A stretch of 64,000 nucleotides of DNA from Podarcis cretensis. Taxonomy: Eukaryota. The stretch covers positions 15,438,001 to 15,502,000 of the forward strand of contig OX638165.1 of assembly GCA_951804945.1 (NCBI GenBank), read 5' to 3'. Made by a program: the position numbers and the translations under genes. The notes beneath the pieces were generated by a model. That model saw only the letters and a program-made list of their open reading frames with translations. It did no database searches and had not been told where the DNA came from. Below, one piece after another: positions 31,246 to 45,034 of the stretch (within the stretch, counting starts at the first letter, position 1; the number at the start of each line of letters is the position of its first letter).

Positions 31246-34200
31246 TTATTATTGATACCCTGCCCCTCTGGCTGGGTTTCCCCAGTCACTCTGGGCGGCT
31301 TCCAACCGAATATTAAAAACAATACAGCATCAGACATTAAAAACTTCCCTAAACAGGGCCGCCTTCAGTTGTCTTTTAAAAGTAAAATAGTTGTTTATTG
31401 CCTTGACATCTGCTGGGAGGGTGTTCTACGGGGCAGGTGCCACGACCAAGAAGGCCCTCTGCCTAGTTCCCTGTAACCTTACTTCTCACAGCGAGGGAAC
31501 CGCCAGAAGGCCCTCGGCGCTGGACCTCAGTGTCCGGGCTGGATGATGGGGGTGCACTTTGATTCCAGGAAGTACAAGCAGAGTGGCTGGGCACCCCCTG
31601 CCTTTCAACCTCCTTCCTCTGTGTTTGCCTGTCTCTTATTGGGAGCCCGCCCCTCCTCTCCCTCTCCCCTCCCCTTGCTGCCATGCTGGAGCCCCAGCTG
31701 TGTTTTTCTTTTTGTCCCATTCAGACGTGGATGAATGTGAATACGATTCGCACGACTGCCAGCCGAGCCAGCAATGCATCAACACGCCTGGGGGCTTCCA
31801 TTGCCAGTGCCCGGACGGCTATCGGAAGATCGGCACAGAGTGTGTGGGTCAGTGTGCCTGAGGACTGCGCCCATGGGGTGGTCCTCGGTTTCTGCCAGGG
31901 AGTGTGCCTTCATCTTGGGCTGCATGCAATGCAATGGGGCTCTGAAAGGAATGGAACATGTGGGTTCGCAACAAAATATTGCAGCGCAGAGGGCCGGCCA
32001 GCCTCTTCCTGTATATTCCATTTCATTCCCTCTGCCCCTGTCTTGTTTTGCATTCCCCCTTGGCACCAGCACTCATGGGGCATTCCAAAGCCATTCAGCC
32101 TGTGAAATATACTCGGAGTCGAGAGTGGATTTCATGCTCTTTATTCAGCTCATAGTGGTGAGGAGGAATGGAAGTTCCCCCAGAATGTCTGCTTTATATA
32201 CATTATTTACACAATGAGCCCCACGTGATTGGCTAATTCCGGGATTCTCCTGTAGGCCAATCAGGTTGCGGATTCACTTCCACCTGGAGCTGGATTGGGT
32301 GGCTCCTGTGGATCAGTCAGACTGCTGCATTCTGGATCCTATTGTTCTAGGACCAATCAGACTGCTGCATTCTGAATCCTATTGTTCTAGGACCAATCAG
32401 ACTGCTGCATTTTGGATCCTATTCAACTCAGTACATAACAGCCTGCTCACTCCTCATCCCTTGAGTTTCTCCCGGCCGAAAATGATTTCTTGCAGTTCTT
32501 CTGGGTAGGGACTCTGTTCATGCCTAGAGGCACAGCAGGGAGGTGGCGGGAGGGGGTCAGAGCCGCTGAGGATTCCCTCTCCTTTCTCCCACTTGCAGAC
32601 ATTGACGAATGCCGCTATCGCTATTGCCAGCACCGCTGCGTCAACTCCCCAGGCTCGTTCTCCTGCCAGTGCGAACCTGGGTTCCAGCTGGCCAGCAACA
32701 ACCGCTCATGTGTTGGTAAGCAGGGAATGTCCTTGTCCTACCCTGGTCCCTCGCAGGTCTTCGATGCCCTGGTAGAGATGGCCACTTACCCTATTGGAGA
32801 GCTGCCGTTCCTTGCAAATCCTGCCAGATGTTGTGGAGGGAAAGAACACAAGCTTCATGTTCAGAAGGTCCCCTGTTCAAAGGACCAGGAAGCACATGAT
32901 GGGCAAGACCCTTCCTTGCTTAAGACCCCGGGGAGCCGCTGCCAGTCAGAGCAGGTTGTATTGGGCTAGGTGGACTGTTAGCTTGATCTGAGCTGTGGTT
33001 CGGCAGTCAAAGATCTGCTTTGCATTCAGAAGGTTCAATACCTGGGGCATCTTCAGGTAGGACTGGGAGATACTCTTGCTTGAAACTCTGGCTTGCCGCT
33101 GCCAGTCGATGTAGAAAACACTGATCTAGATGGACAAAGAGCCTCATTTTGTATAAGGCAGCTCTCTATGTTCCAAGGATTAAGGCCTTTGCTCACTGGC
33201 AGAAGGATGAGTTCAATCTCCAGTTTCTTCAGTTAGAAAGGATCAGGTCCCAGCTGATGGGAATGACCTCTCTCTCCCTGGGACCTTGAGAGCTGCTGCC
33301 AGTCAGAGTAGACAGTATAAGGGTTGGATGGACACATTGCCTGTCCTGGTAGAAGGCATCTTCCCTGTGTTCCTAAGAGGAAACGGCAGAGGCAAAGGAG
33401 GGAATGAATGTGAATGAATGTGGCTATAGGTAAAGGTAAAGGGACCCCTGACCATTAGGTCCAGTCGTGGTCGACTCTGGGGTTGTGATGCTCATCTCGC
33501 TTTAGTGGGGCGTACAGCTTCCGGGTCATGTGGCCAGCATGACTAAGCCGCTTCTGGCGAACCGCCAACCTTCTGATCGGCAAGTCCTAGGCTCTGTGGT
33601 TTAACCCACAGCGCCACCCGCGTCCCAACTATTTAATTTTAGTTACAGTCAGGCTAAGGAGTTAAGCAAGGCTGGAGGATCGTATCAGGCCCACTAGAAC
33701 TCCCCATTTCACCTGCCGGATCGTTTTGACCAAGCTCTGCTTACCTGCTCAGGTAAAGATGAAGCAGGGCTGGAAGAAAACAAATTGCTTTACATGGAAT
33801 CCAGCTTTCCATTTAGCTCAGTATTGTCTGCACTGACTGGCAGCAGCTCTCCAGAATTTCAAGCAAGGCTTTCTGCTCCCCCATCCCGCTCTACTTGGAG
33901 ATGCTGCAGGGGATTGAAACACAGAACCATAGAATCACAGAAATGTAGAGTTGGAAGGGGCTTCCAAAGGTCATCTAGTCTGACCCCTTGCCATGCAGAA
34001 ATTGTAGCTCAAGAAGCCCTGGCAGGTGGCCACCCAACCTCTGCTTAAAAACAAGGAAGGAGATCCCACCACCTTCTGAGGTCACAGAACAATAGATACA
34101 CAAAGTTGAAAGGGGCCCTCAAATGTCATCTAGTCCACCCCCCCAAAATACTGGACCTTCTGCATGCAAAGCAGTTGTTCTACCCCCTAGCTACCCCTCT

Positions 34201-37200
34201 TCCCCATGAAGGGTCTTTGCAGGCAATCGCCATAGATTGCATCACTTTGCAAGCACTTGCAGTCAGCCAAAGGCTCATTAGAAAAGCTGGATGTTTAGGA
34301 AGGATTTGAAGGAGGCAGTGTGCTGGGAGCAAGTTGCAGGACTGAGGGATAAAAAGGGGAATGAAGGAGATGGCCTGGAAACCCTTGAAGGGAACAGGAG
34401 GCCTCCTGATAGCTTGCTTGCCGACAAGCCATAAGAGGAAAACGCTTATCCCAGGGGTAAGGTGTGTGTTCCCTGTATGCCCCATAAATGCATAAACTGC
34501 TGCCAGCCGTTTCCACGTGGCAATGGCATCTCAACCCCGCTTAAGCTTTTGCAACCTCTCCTCCAGATGTGAACGAGTGCGAGATGGGGGCCCCCTGCAA
34601 GCAGCGTTGCTTCAACACGTACGGTACGTTCATCTGCCGCTGCAACCAGGGCTACGAGCTGGACCAGGATGGCTTCACCTGCAACGGTAGGTGGCTCTGT
34701 CTCCGCCCCATTTCTCCACCCCCTTCTTCCTAGCTCCGCCTCTGCCCCTCCTGCTCCGGAGTTCTCCAACCTTGGGTTCCATGGGTGTTGTTGGACTACA
34801 ACTCCCATCATCCACAGCCGTCTTAGATCTTAGGCTTCTAATAGCATGAAGCCCAAAGTTGGCAAAGGGAGGATTCCCAAATCCTGAGACTTGACACACT
34901 GCCCAGTTACGGAAGAGCAGATAAGGAAGAGGGCAACAAGGAAGCAGCAGAAATCTTTTCTTTTGGGGATAATTCAGACTGGAGCTCCCAGGGGTCAGAA
35001 AATGTTATTTATGTACGCCACGACTGCGGCCCGTGTTTTGTTAGCCCCAAAATGGAAAACGAGCGAGGTCCCAACTGAAGAAGAACGGCAACTTAAGTTG
35101 TCAGATTATACGCAGCTTGTAGACTTAACATATAGAATAAGAGAACAAGAAGAAGATATGTTTAGAGAAGATTGGAAAATGTTTATTGAATATATGGGAA
35201 GTAACTGTATACAGCTGAAAACGCTGGCAGCATTAAGATAAATTCAACAGTGTAAAGAAGTTTTGACGGAGGCAATAATGGAATACTGATTGGTATAGTT
35301 TTTGTAAAATATGCACGGATTTATGATATGTAAAATGAACCATTGAAAGAGAAGAAGGGAAGTCATTGAGATCTTAAAGATGTAAAAACGAATACCGTAT
35401 TTTTTGCTCTATAAGACTCACTTTTTCCCACCTAAAAAGTAAGGGGAAATGTGTGTGCGTCTTATGGAGCGAATGCAGGCTGCGCAGCTATCCCAGAAGC
35501 CAGAACAGCAAGAGGGATCGCTGCTTTCACTGCGCAGCGATCCCTCTTGCTGATCTGGCTTCTGAGATTCAGAATATTTTTTTTCTTGTTTTCCTCCTCC
35601 AAAAACTAGGTGCGTCTTGTGGTCTGGTGCGTCTTATAGAGCGAAAAATACGGTACTTTAAATTGTAAAACAGAAAATTTAATAAAAATTGTGTGTGTGT
35701 GTATACATATACATATACAGTGGATGCTTGGATTGCGAATGTGATCCGTGCGGGATGCACGTTCACAACTCACAGCGTTCGCAACCCACAGCGGCACGTC
35801 TGTGCACATGCGGGTTGTGATTCGGTTCCTCTGTGCATGCACGACTGCTGAAACCTGGAAGTAACCTGTTCCAGTTCTTCCGGGTTTCGGCGGTCCATAA
35901 CCCCAAAAAAACACAACCTGAAGCGTCTGTAACCCAAGGTATGACTGTATACAGTGGTACCTCGGGTTACATATGCTTCAGGTTACAGACTCCGCTAACC
36001 CAGAGATTGGGTTAAGAACTTTGCTTCAGGATGAGAACAGAAATCGTGCTCCGGCGGCATGTGTGTATTAGCAGCAGAAATCCTGAAAGCAAAAACAAGC
36101 CCAGTGACTCCAGAACCTGTCCTAAATCTTCTCCCTCCTTCCCAGACATTGACGAGTGTAGCTATTCCACCTACCTGTGCCAATTCCAGTGTGTCAACGA
36201 GCCGGGACACTTCTCTTGCGCCTGCCCCCAGGGCTACCAGCAGCTGAGCACACGCCTTTGCCAAGGTAAGTGTGGGGCAGGCATAGCTGCCTCGGAGTTG
36301 GGGTGGGGACACCCTCTGGCGCCTGAGCAGTTGTATATAGAATCCTAAGTTGTTTGTGTGAGGATGTTAGACACAGGTCAGGCCCCTTGTGTGCCTTTAG
36401 CTAGGGGTGCCACTCGATTGAAAACATGTTAACTGATAAACAGGTCATGTTTTCCACGGTGGCTCCCCACTAGTGGAATGATTTCCCTAGAGAAACATGC
36501 CTGGCGCCATCTTATTTATTTATTTACTCCCTCTCCTCCTTCCCCTCTACAACCCTAGACATTAACGAGTGTGAGACGGGAGCCTTCGAATGCACAGAGT
36601 CCCAGAATTGCATCAACTTTCATGGTGGGTACCGCTGCGTGGAGAAGAACAGCTGCCAGGAGCCATATGTGCAAGTCTCTGAAAAGTGAGTCTGGGCAGG
36701 TCAGGATGGGGGGCTGGGGAGGGGAGTGAGAGAGAAAGACCATCCTGGATCTGAACGATAGCAAAATCAACGTGTATTTCTGTAGCAAGTCCTGGGAAAC
36801 GGCCCTTGCTTGTATACTTCAAAGGGAAGAAGTACAGTGGTGCCCCGCAAGACGAATGCCTCGCAAGACGGAAAACCCGCTAGACGAATGGGTTTTCTGT
36901 TTTGGAGGTGCTTCGCAAAACGAATTTCCTATGGGCTTGCTTTGCAAGACGAAAATATCTTGCGAGTTCCTGCGGGTTCCCCCCCTCCCCCCTTTTTCTA
37001 AGCCACTAAGCCGCTTATCAGCTGATCCGTTAAGCCGCTAAGCCGCTTAACAGCTGATCCGCTAAGCCGCTTATCAGCTGATCCTGATCCGCTAAGCTGC
37101 TAAGCCGCTTATCAGCTGATCCGCTAAGCCGCTAAGCCGCTTATCAGCTGAGCCGCTAAGCCGCTTAACAGCTGAGCCGCTAAGCCGCTTAACAGCTGAT

Positions 37201-39695
37201 CCGCTAAGCCGCTTATCAGCTGAGCCGCTAAGCCCCTAAGCCGCTAATAGCGCTAATCCGCTAATCCGCTAATGGGCTTGCTTCGCAAGACGAAAAAACC
37301 GCAAGACGAAGAGACTCGCAGAACGGATTCTTTTAGTCTTGCGAGGCACCACTGTATTATGTATGATACTTTTTTTAAAAAAAACACTATTGGTTTTGAA
37401 AGCGAAATGGAGCCTCTCCGTCTAGAGGCAGTCTACCAGATGTATGGGTGACATTACAAGGCTAGGCTATTGGCCTCATACCATAAATAGGAGATCAGGG
37501 TTAGCGTCACCACCTGGACGCAATGGAGGGGATTCTTCTGTACTCTGCTTTCTTAGGAACAAAGCAGGATTCCTTATTTGCACAAATGGAGCCTGCGACA
37601 AAAAGTTGCAGCGGCATGGAGTGGCCCTCCTGTGTGGCATAGCCTCCATCACAGCCAATAGCCATTGAAACCCTCTGTGAATTGGGCTGATGCTCTTTTA
37701 AAGCCTTCCAAGTTGGCGGCCATCACTGCCCGTGGAGCAAGTTCCACAGTTTGGCGATGTGCTGTGTGAAGGACTTCCTTTGTTCTCTCCTGAATCTTTC
37801 GACATTCAGCTCTCCTGGAGGTCCACAAGTGTTCTGAGAGGAGGAAAATGTTTCTCTATCTGCTTTCTCCATGCCATGCATAAAACTTCCACAGTATCAA
37901 CTCTTGCTGTTTCTCTAAAGTCAGAAATGCTGCAACCTTTTGCTCTTGGCAGAGTCGCTCTTTCCCCTTCACCATTCTGTTTTCACTTTTCTGAACCATT
38001 CCCAACAGTAGCTCAGTCAGTAAGAGCATGAGACTCTTAATCTCCGGGCTGTGGGTTCAAGTCCCAATGTTGGGCGAAAGATTCCTGCACTGCAGGGAGC
38101 TGGACTGGATGTCTACAATTCTGTGGCACTGCCAGTTCAAACCCCATGAAGGTATATGTGAAATTAATATTTTTTGCCCTGCCGTGTGTCACCTTACACT
38201 TGGCTTACACTGAATTGTGCTTGTCGTTTCACCGCCCATTCGCTTAGTTTGGAGAGGTGCTTTTGGAGCTCTTCACAATCTCTCTCTGTTTTGACAACCC
38301 TGAACAATTCAGTTCCTTTGGCAAGCTTGGCCACCTCACTGTCCTCCACCCACCCTCCCATAACCCAATTTGTTTCCGCTGTAGCCGCTGCCTCTGCCCA
38401 GCCACGAACCCGCTCTGCCGCGATAATCCGTCCTCCATCGTCCACCGATACATGAGTATCACGGCTGACCGAACTGTGCCCTCTGACATATTCCAGATCC
38501 AGGCCACAAGCGTCTACCCTGGCGCCTATAACACGTTCCAGATCCGCTCGGGCAACGAACAAGGAGAGTTCTATATCCGGGTGAGTCCCGCTTCCCAGCA
38601 GCAGCCATTCGGAGCGGCCCCTGCCCACAGCTGCCATCTTAACCGTTGATCTGTTATTACATATATATTCCAACATATCCCTTGTGCAGTAAGCCTGCAC
38701 CTCCACACACCTCTCTCTGTCCAGGGAAACAAGAGGGAAGATCAGAATTCATGGGCATATTCCACCCAAGGAGGGTTTGGATCACAGTTTGTAAGGGATG
38801 TGGTCAACGAAAGAGTCCGAAGGGACAGATAGAAGTGCCATTGAAATTCCACTCAATATTGATCCAGAGTAGATTCCAATGTATAGTTAGCAGAGTAAAA
38901 ACTTAAGCTTGTTGCAGGATTCCCCCAAAATAGACCAGCAGCAATTGTATTTCATTCAGCAGAGCTTTACTGCTACTGAAGGCAAATGAGCATAATGGTC
39001 ACAAATCCAATACATTCAGGATTGGCACTGTTCATAAGAAATCCAGTTGCAGCAGACTTAGCTTAAACTTACAATAAGTCTAAAACCTTAACGCTAAGCA
39101 TACCATGCACAGAACACAACACCAGAAGGACACCTATTTTTATAGTCAGCATGGCCTTGACAGAAGAGATAAGAGAACCAGTTTAAGCCAGCTGTACTCA
39201 GCTTCTCTGAAGGAATAACCCAAACATCATGCTTATTTCTTTCACACAGAAAAGCTTCCAGAACCCTTTTGAATTAAGTCCAATAGGAAAGATCTCTGCA
39301 CATCAGATCAATGCTTTCTGTACCTAGAAATGCAAACTGGTGACAAGTGCCATTTTGCCCCTGGGCCTGAGGTCCCCCACCTCTTCCCTGGACCCTATAT
39401 GTGGGAAGGCAATGTCTGTTTCAAAAATCTCCCAGCTTGAGCAGCTACCAGGCCCATCTTGAACAGACTCGGCCCTGGCCTGGCATTCTCCCTCCCTCTC
39501 CCCCAAGGCTCAACCTCCTTTTCTCCCCCACAGCAAATCAACAACATAAGCGCCATGCTGGTCTTGGCCCGGCCAGTGACAGGGCCCCATGAGTATGTCC
39601 TGGATTTGGAGATGGTCACCATGAACACCCTGATGAGCTACCGTTCCAGCTCGGTGTTGCGGCTCACCGTCTTTGTGGGAGCCTATTCATTCTAG
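26171..39695 (+). CDS. EFEMP2: EFEMP2 / fibulin-4, complete spliced CDS
   Basis: Coding exons 26171-26254, 27844-27892, 29547-29780, 31725-31847, 32599-32715, 34567-34686, 36146-36265, 36559-36685, 38385-38580, 39534-39695; signal peptide, cbEGF repeats (DVNEC.., [14 protein letters not shown]), C-terminus ...[15 protein letters not shown]. Confidence 0.96.
26839..27410 (+). mobile_element. Tigger-type MITE (CAGTGGTACC termini) interrupted by a Sauria SINE at 27001-27357
   Basis: Same MITE is intact at 41395-41610 and 45921-46147; the SINE is flanked by a near-duplicated TACCTCA(A)GGTTA. Confidence 0.82.
29891..29938. repeat. (AGAT)n microsatellite
   Basis: Seen directly in the sequence. 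Confidence 0.95.
30155..30516 (+). mobile_element. Sauria SINE with a 12-bp TSD
   Basis: TSD TGGATTCTTCTT at 30143-30154 / 30517-30528. Confidence 0.9.
30529..30905 (-). mobile_element. RTE-clade LINE 3' fragment
   Basis: Translates to ..[31 protein letters not shown] (RTE C-terminal C2H2) followed by a GAA-type tail. Confidence 0.8.
31200..31545 (-). mobile_element. L2-like LINE 3' fragment with (TAA)n tail; similar copy at 46805-47150 with (TAG)n
   Basis: The two copies share TACCC.GCCC.TCTGGCTGGGTTTCCC..AAGAACTTCCCTAAACAGGG. Confidence 0.65.
32103..32440 (-). mobile_element. Solo LTR with a 5-bp TSD
   Basis: TG...CA termini, TSD GCCTG (32098-32102 / 32441-32445), TATA and AATAAA on the - strand, ~39-bp internal repeats containing CCAAT. 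Confidence 0.8.
33429..33626 (-). mobile_element. Sauria SINE, internally deleted
   Basis: Head and tail match the other copies; middle is missing. Confidence 0.85.
34905..35690 (+). mobile_element. L1-like LINE 3' end, with a MITE inserted at 35395-35653
   Basis: [31 protein letters not shown]2 C-terminal-like peptide; AATAAA at ~35681. Confidence 0.75.
35718..36055. mobile_element. Two adjacent Tigger-like MITEs
   Basis: TACAGT...ACTGTA boundaries; the second is a partial copy of the CAGTGGTACC family. Confidence 0.65.
36834..37354. mobile_element. Tigger-like MITE with internal minisatellite (CCGCTAAG / ATCAGCTGAT)
   Basis: TIRs CAGTGGTGCC.CGCAAGAC / GTCTTGCGAGGCACCACTG, TA flanks. Confidence 0.82.
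38008..38125 (+). mobile_element. tRNA-Lys(CTT)-derived SINE with CR1-like tail; second copy at 47365-47500 (-)
   Basis: TAGCTCAGTC.GTA.GAGCATGAGACTCTTAATCTC.GGG..GTGGGTTC head, degenerate. Confidence 0.75.
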
Positions 39696-41394
39696 CCAAG
39701 CAGCAGCACTTCCCCTTGCCTGGCTGAGGAGGGGAGGGGTAAGTCTGGCTTTTGGAGTGGGCAAATGAACCTTCATCCTAGGAATGGGGAGGGGGGAGAA
39801 AGAGAGCTGACCCATGGGTGGGTAAGTAATGAAATAATTGGCTGGACCCCTAGATTAAAAAATGCAGGGCTTTACACACACTCTAGTGGGAGAGAGCCAC
39901 CAGCAGAGTTTAGAAGAGTCTCAAAATTAAGTGGGAGTATAGCATGGGAATAATGGGCTGTTAGACCCTTTCATATATCCTGTTCAGTTTGCCAACAACC
40001 CTTCTCTTTACCCCTCTGGCAATGAACAGACCGCACACTGCTAAGTAAGTTTAAAATGCTTTACTTACAAAATCCAAAGGTCTCATTCATGTGTTGTTCC
40101 ATGCAATAGCAAGGAACACACATGTAGAATACTGTTGGGTACAAAATGCAGAAGATAGTTTCAAGCATGCGGTCTGAGCTTGGAGTACATCTTTCCTGGT
40201 TGGTTACATGGCACAAAGAGAGTGAGGAAAGGAAGAGAAGTTCACTTCTTCCCTCATTGGAGGTGAGGGTGTGTGGCTTAAGTGAGTCTAGGAACCCAGC
40301 TCTCTGGTTTTAACCCTTTCCTGCACTAACACCCTGCCTGAAACCCTGTAGAGCTACTGCTTAAAAGTACTCTTCATAATATTTCAGAGATTCCAGATGT
40401 GAGCCAGTAATAACAAGGAAATTCTGTGCTTTCAAGTTCAGCTCACAGCAGCTACCAGCTCTTATGGGGGCGGGGCATCCTAGGTTGGTGCAAACCGCTC
40501 CCCCACCCCTGAGATCTTCTATATTACAGTGCATGGTTACACTCTCTTCTTCCTCTCTCCATTGCAGAAACATCTGCTGGGTTGGGCTGTGTAAGAGAGG
40601 AACCGAGAGGCAAGAAGCCACGACCCCAGCGGCCAGGGAAGGGATCTGTCATGGCCTTTTGCATCTTCCCCGACCCCCAAGGCATCATCATCACAACTGG
40701 ATGAAGAGGGACCAGAGCTGCGACTGGGGGGCCAGAGCTGTGGCTTCAAAGACGAGCGCCACCCCCTCCAGAACCGCCCTTTGAGTCACCACCCTGCCCG
40801 GCAATGGAACTCGTGCCCCCTTCTCCCACTGCCCCCTGCATCTCAGAGCACAGAGGGGCCTCCAGAACCTCTCAGCAAGGCTCCGTGTTTGTTTTCTGCT
40901 TAACAGAGTGAGGGAGAGAAAGACAAAACAAAAATTAGTAAAATGATTTTTTATGTGTGTGGAAAGGAAATGATTCAAATGTGTGTCTGGATGCTTCCCA
41001 AATGGACCAAGCGCTCCAGAATCTTTGGGGAAGACGCCTTGTCCTTTTCAGTCTCTTCAAGGCTCCCCAGCAGGTAGGAAGGCTTTCCCAGCCAGACACC
41101 CATCCTAGATGCTAGAGCTGGTCTAACCCCACCTCCAAAAGGATATTGTACTGCTAGGAAAAGTTGGAGCAGCTCCCATACGAGGAAAGGCTAGAACATT
41201 CTGGGCTTCTTAGCTTAGAAGAAAGGTGAGTAATTGGAGACACGAGACTTAACGCCTGGTGTTCGGCAAGTGAATAGGGAGATGTTTTTTCTCCTTCTCT
41301 CTGATACTAGAACCCAATGGGGGTGGGTCATCCAGGGAAGCTGAATGTTGCAAGAATTAGGACAGACAAAAGGCCGTCCTTCGCAATGGCCATA

Positions 41395-41610
41395 CAGTGG
41401 TATCTCGGGTTAAGAACTTACTTCGTTCTGGAGGGCCGTTCTTAACCTGAAACTGTTCTTAACCTGAGGTACCACTTTAGCTAATGGGGCCTCCTGCTGC
41501 CGCCACGCGATTTCTGTTCTCATCCTGAGGTAAAGTTCTTAACCCGAGGTACTATTTCTGGGTTAGCGGAGTCTGTAACCTGAAGCATCTGTAACCCGAG
41601 GTACCACTGT
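41395..41610 (-). mobile_element. Tigger-type MITE
   Basis: CAGTGGTA..TCGGGTTA / TAACCCGAGGTACCACTG TIRs, TA flanks. Confidence 0.85.
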
Positions 41611-44600
41611 AGTTAAACGATGGAATTTGCCTACACAAGTAGTAGTGATGGCCACTGACTTTTTTAAAAAAGGGGGGGGGGGAGTCTGAGAAATTCACGG
41701 AGGACAAGACTGTATTGTCCCTCCCAGATCAGAAGGCAGCATTTCTCACAAGCAGGAGAGAGCGCTACTGAACAAGTCCTTGCAGCCGAAGAGCTATAAC
41801 TGGAACCTCAATCGTACCAACTTAGCTGCGATTCCTGCATTGCAGGGGGTTGAACTATAGATCACCCTTGGGGAAACCTCTCGCCCTCAAGGCGCCGTGA
41901 ATTTTCAGCAGGGACCACACATTCCATACAGTTAAGTGCCGAGAAACCAGGCGAAATGCGAATGTGCGCACCTGCTGTGCGCAGGTCCCAATTGTGGGCT
42001 TTCCCCAGAGACATTTAGTTGGCCATTGTGAGAACAGGATGTTGGACTATTGCTTTGTCCCGCAGTCAGGCTCTTATGTAGCCGCATTCCCACCAAAAAG
42101 GGCAGGGGTGGATTTGAACCAGGAGCACGGGACCTGTAGCCCTCCTGATGTTGTTGGACTTCCAGCTTCTGCCCTGCTGGACCACTGGCTATGCTGGCTG
42201 TGGATGGTGGCAACCCAAGAACATCTGGATGGGCCACAGCTGTGCTGTTGGGAAGGACTGCAGCTGAAGGATGGAGCATCTGTTTTGTAGGCCCTCTGGT
42301 TCCATCACCAGCATCTCCAGGCAGGGCAGGGAGCGTCCTCAGTCTGAGACCCTGGAAAATCGCCACCACTAAGAAAGTTGGGGTTCCCCTCTCCTGATCT
42401 GAAGCAAGGGCCCATCAGCACAGCTTTGTACCTCTGAAGGGGGCAGGCCAGGTGACCCAGGCTGAGAAGCCCCACAAGTAAGGCAGCACAAAGGTGAAAT
42501 AGCCAAGAGCTTGACCTGGCATGTATTTGGCTCAAATCTCCCTTTGGCCACAGACTCACCAGGTGGGAGCCTCGCACGAGGCGCTTGGTGAAGAGGCCGA
42601 CAACGAAGCAGCTTTTACACAAACATGCCTTGCTTGTGCTTTATGGGCACTGAGGTTCGGGCGAAGTGACGCTCCTGTTATTTTTGCATTTTATAGTTGA
42701 AATTTGTACTTGTAAACTGTCCCAAGGAATTCTGTGAGCGGACAGTATTCTGTCAACACTGGAAATGAAGGAATAGCTGCCGGGAGTGTAATTGGAAGGG
42801 GAAGATTACAGTGGGATAAGGACCTTTCCAAGGCTTTTGCACCCTGCTGAACCTGCCCCCAACCTCCAAAACACACATTTTATTTTCCTTAGGGAAGTAC
42901 GCAAGTCTTGTTAATATTTTCCTTGTAAGAGAAGACAAGAACACTGGTGAATCAGGCCAAAGCCCCGTCTAGCGCAGCATCCTGCCCTGACATTGGCCAA
43001 CCAGATGCCACGATGGGAAGCTCACAAACAGGATCTAAGTGCAACAGCCGTTTTCCCACCTGCAATGGCTTGTAGCCATTGCTAGGCTTATCAATGAGTT
43101 TCTCTAATCTTTTAAAGCTACCTGATACCTTGGGAGCAAATTCCATGGTCGAAACTATGCCCTGCAGAAAGAAGGGCTTTCGTTTGTCTTTCCTGAATCC
43201 TCCAGCATATTCAGCTTCATCGGAGGCTCCCTGCTCTTCCCAGCAGGCATAGGGGGGCACAAAGAAGCTGGAAGGTGGGGCAGTTTTCAGTGGGGAAATG
43301 GCACAAGAAGAAAAGACGAAGCACCTCCCCCCCGCCCCATGCTGGTCTTCTGCTTCAAACTGCAGCCTCAGAGGCTGAATTTCTTAAAACCAAATGGCTG
43401 TCTCCCCACAAAAAAGAAGCACAGGACACGTTGCTCCTCCTATCAGGCAGGCAAAACCAGCCACTGGGCACAACTTGGTAATTCACCCAAAGACTGCAAA
43501 AAACACGCATATATTTCCTCTCCCCTGTGTTTAATTAGAACAGGCAGTCTAAAAATGGACTGTTTCTGACTCTGAACTTTGGAAGGAGGGGAAATCATAA
43601 TATTTGTATTTAAATATTACAAATTCTTCCAATGATTGTGCTGAGGGGAAATACTGGAGACTGCTTCTTTTCCCGTTTTCTCCCATTAATTTCCACACAC
43701 AACACTTTCAGGGTATTTGGGGGGAGGGGGGTGGATGAGCATTTTAAATATTTGCCCAGCATATCTTTTAAAACCTTTTTAGTTGCTTCCAATTTACTCA
43801 CCTACGGCATAAAACAAGAGCCCGCCCATATCTTGAAGCAAATTAAGAAGAGTCCCTAAGACCAAATCCCACTTCCAACGACAAAAGGTTTAATGCTTCT
43901 AGCATCTGAGGTTCCGTTTAGCCTGCATACACACCATATATTTAAAGCACACAGCCTTCCCCAAAGGATCCTGCAAGTTTACAAAGCTGAAATTCCCAGC
44001 ACCTTTAGACAACAGTTCCCATGATTCTTTGGGGGGAAGCCATGTTGGTGCATAAGCAGCCTTAGATATGATAGGTCATCATGGGATTTTGCAGTTGGAA
44101 GGCACCGCAGAGACCATACAGCCCCAACCCAGTGCTCAGCACATGACCCGCAATACAGGGTGCAACTCAATCCTGCCAGGCTCTGCTTACATACCTCCAG
44201 CCGGAGAGAGCCCAGAACTGCGCACAGCAGTCTGGTTCCACTCTCCAAAGAGTTCCTGCCATTACGAAACTTCTCCTAATGTTCCTAAGCAGATCTCTGC
44301 TTCTCGGCAATTACTAACTGGTTGCAGCCCTGCCTTCCGTCGCTGTGGATTTGTCTATAATTGCCTTTTAAAGCTGTCCCTCTCTAATTCCGTAAGAAGG
44401 TGTGTGGTGTGAAAAAGTACTTTTCTGGGCACCTCAGGGGTTGAAGACATAAAAAGAAGAGCCTTTGCAAAACAAAATTTACAATTTTATTAGAATATCA
44501 ACAGATTCTTTTAAAATACAAAAGGAAGAAAAAACCAAGAGGGATGAGACTTGGCAGGCCCTAATTTAGCAGCCAAAAGGGGCCCAAAATACCCAGTCGG

Positions 44601-45034
44601 GGTGCTCTTCCTCAAACAGTCTTGTGGGTGGTGTAACCGACAGAGTAAACCTGGACCCCTCATAAGTTTGTGGCAAGGAAGTGCATTTTGGGCTAGTAAA
44701 CATCTGGCACATAATGCTAGAGCAGGGGTGGTGAACCTGTAGCTCACCAGATGTTGCTGAATGAAAAAGCTCACTGGCCCGAAAAGCCTCGGGTTCCCTG
44801 CCCCTGTGATGAGGCAATAGGACAAACCCATCCTTTCCTTGGCACCTGTGTTTTACAAGGAGCAACAGTGCTGGCTGTCTCTGAGGCCAGCTTCCCACAG
44901 CTGCTGGCTGCTGAAATACGGTAACTGTGATCACACAACAGGCCTTCCTCTAACTCTGGTGGCAGTGGGGAGGCGTATTCCACGTTGGCTGGTGAATCGT
45001 TGGCACGCAGGCGCACCCACAGCCTCCCACTGAT

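Noticed and set aside
39959-40331. TGTTAG...CTAACA possible solo LTR downstream of EFEMP2
   Set aside because: No TSD and no second copy in the window; unsupported
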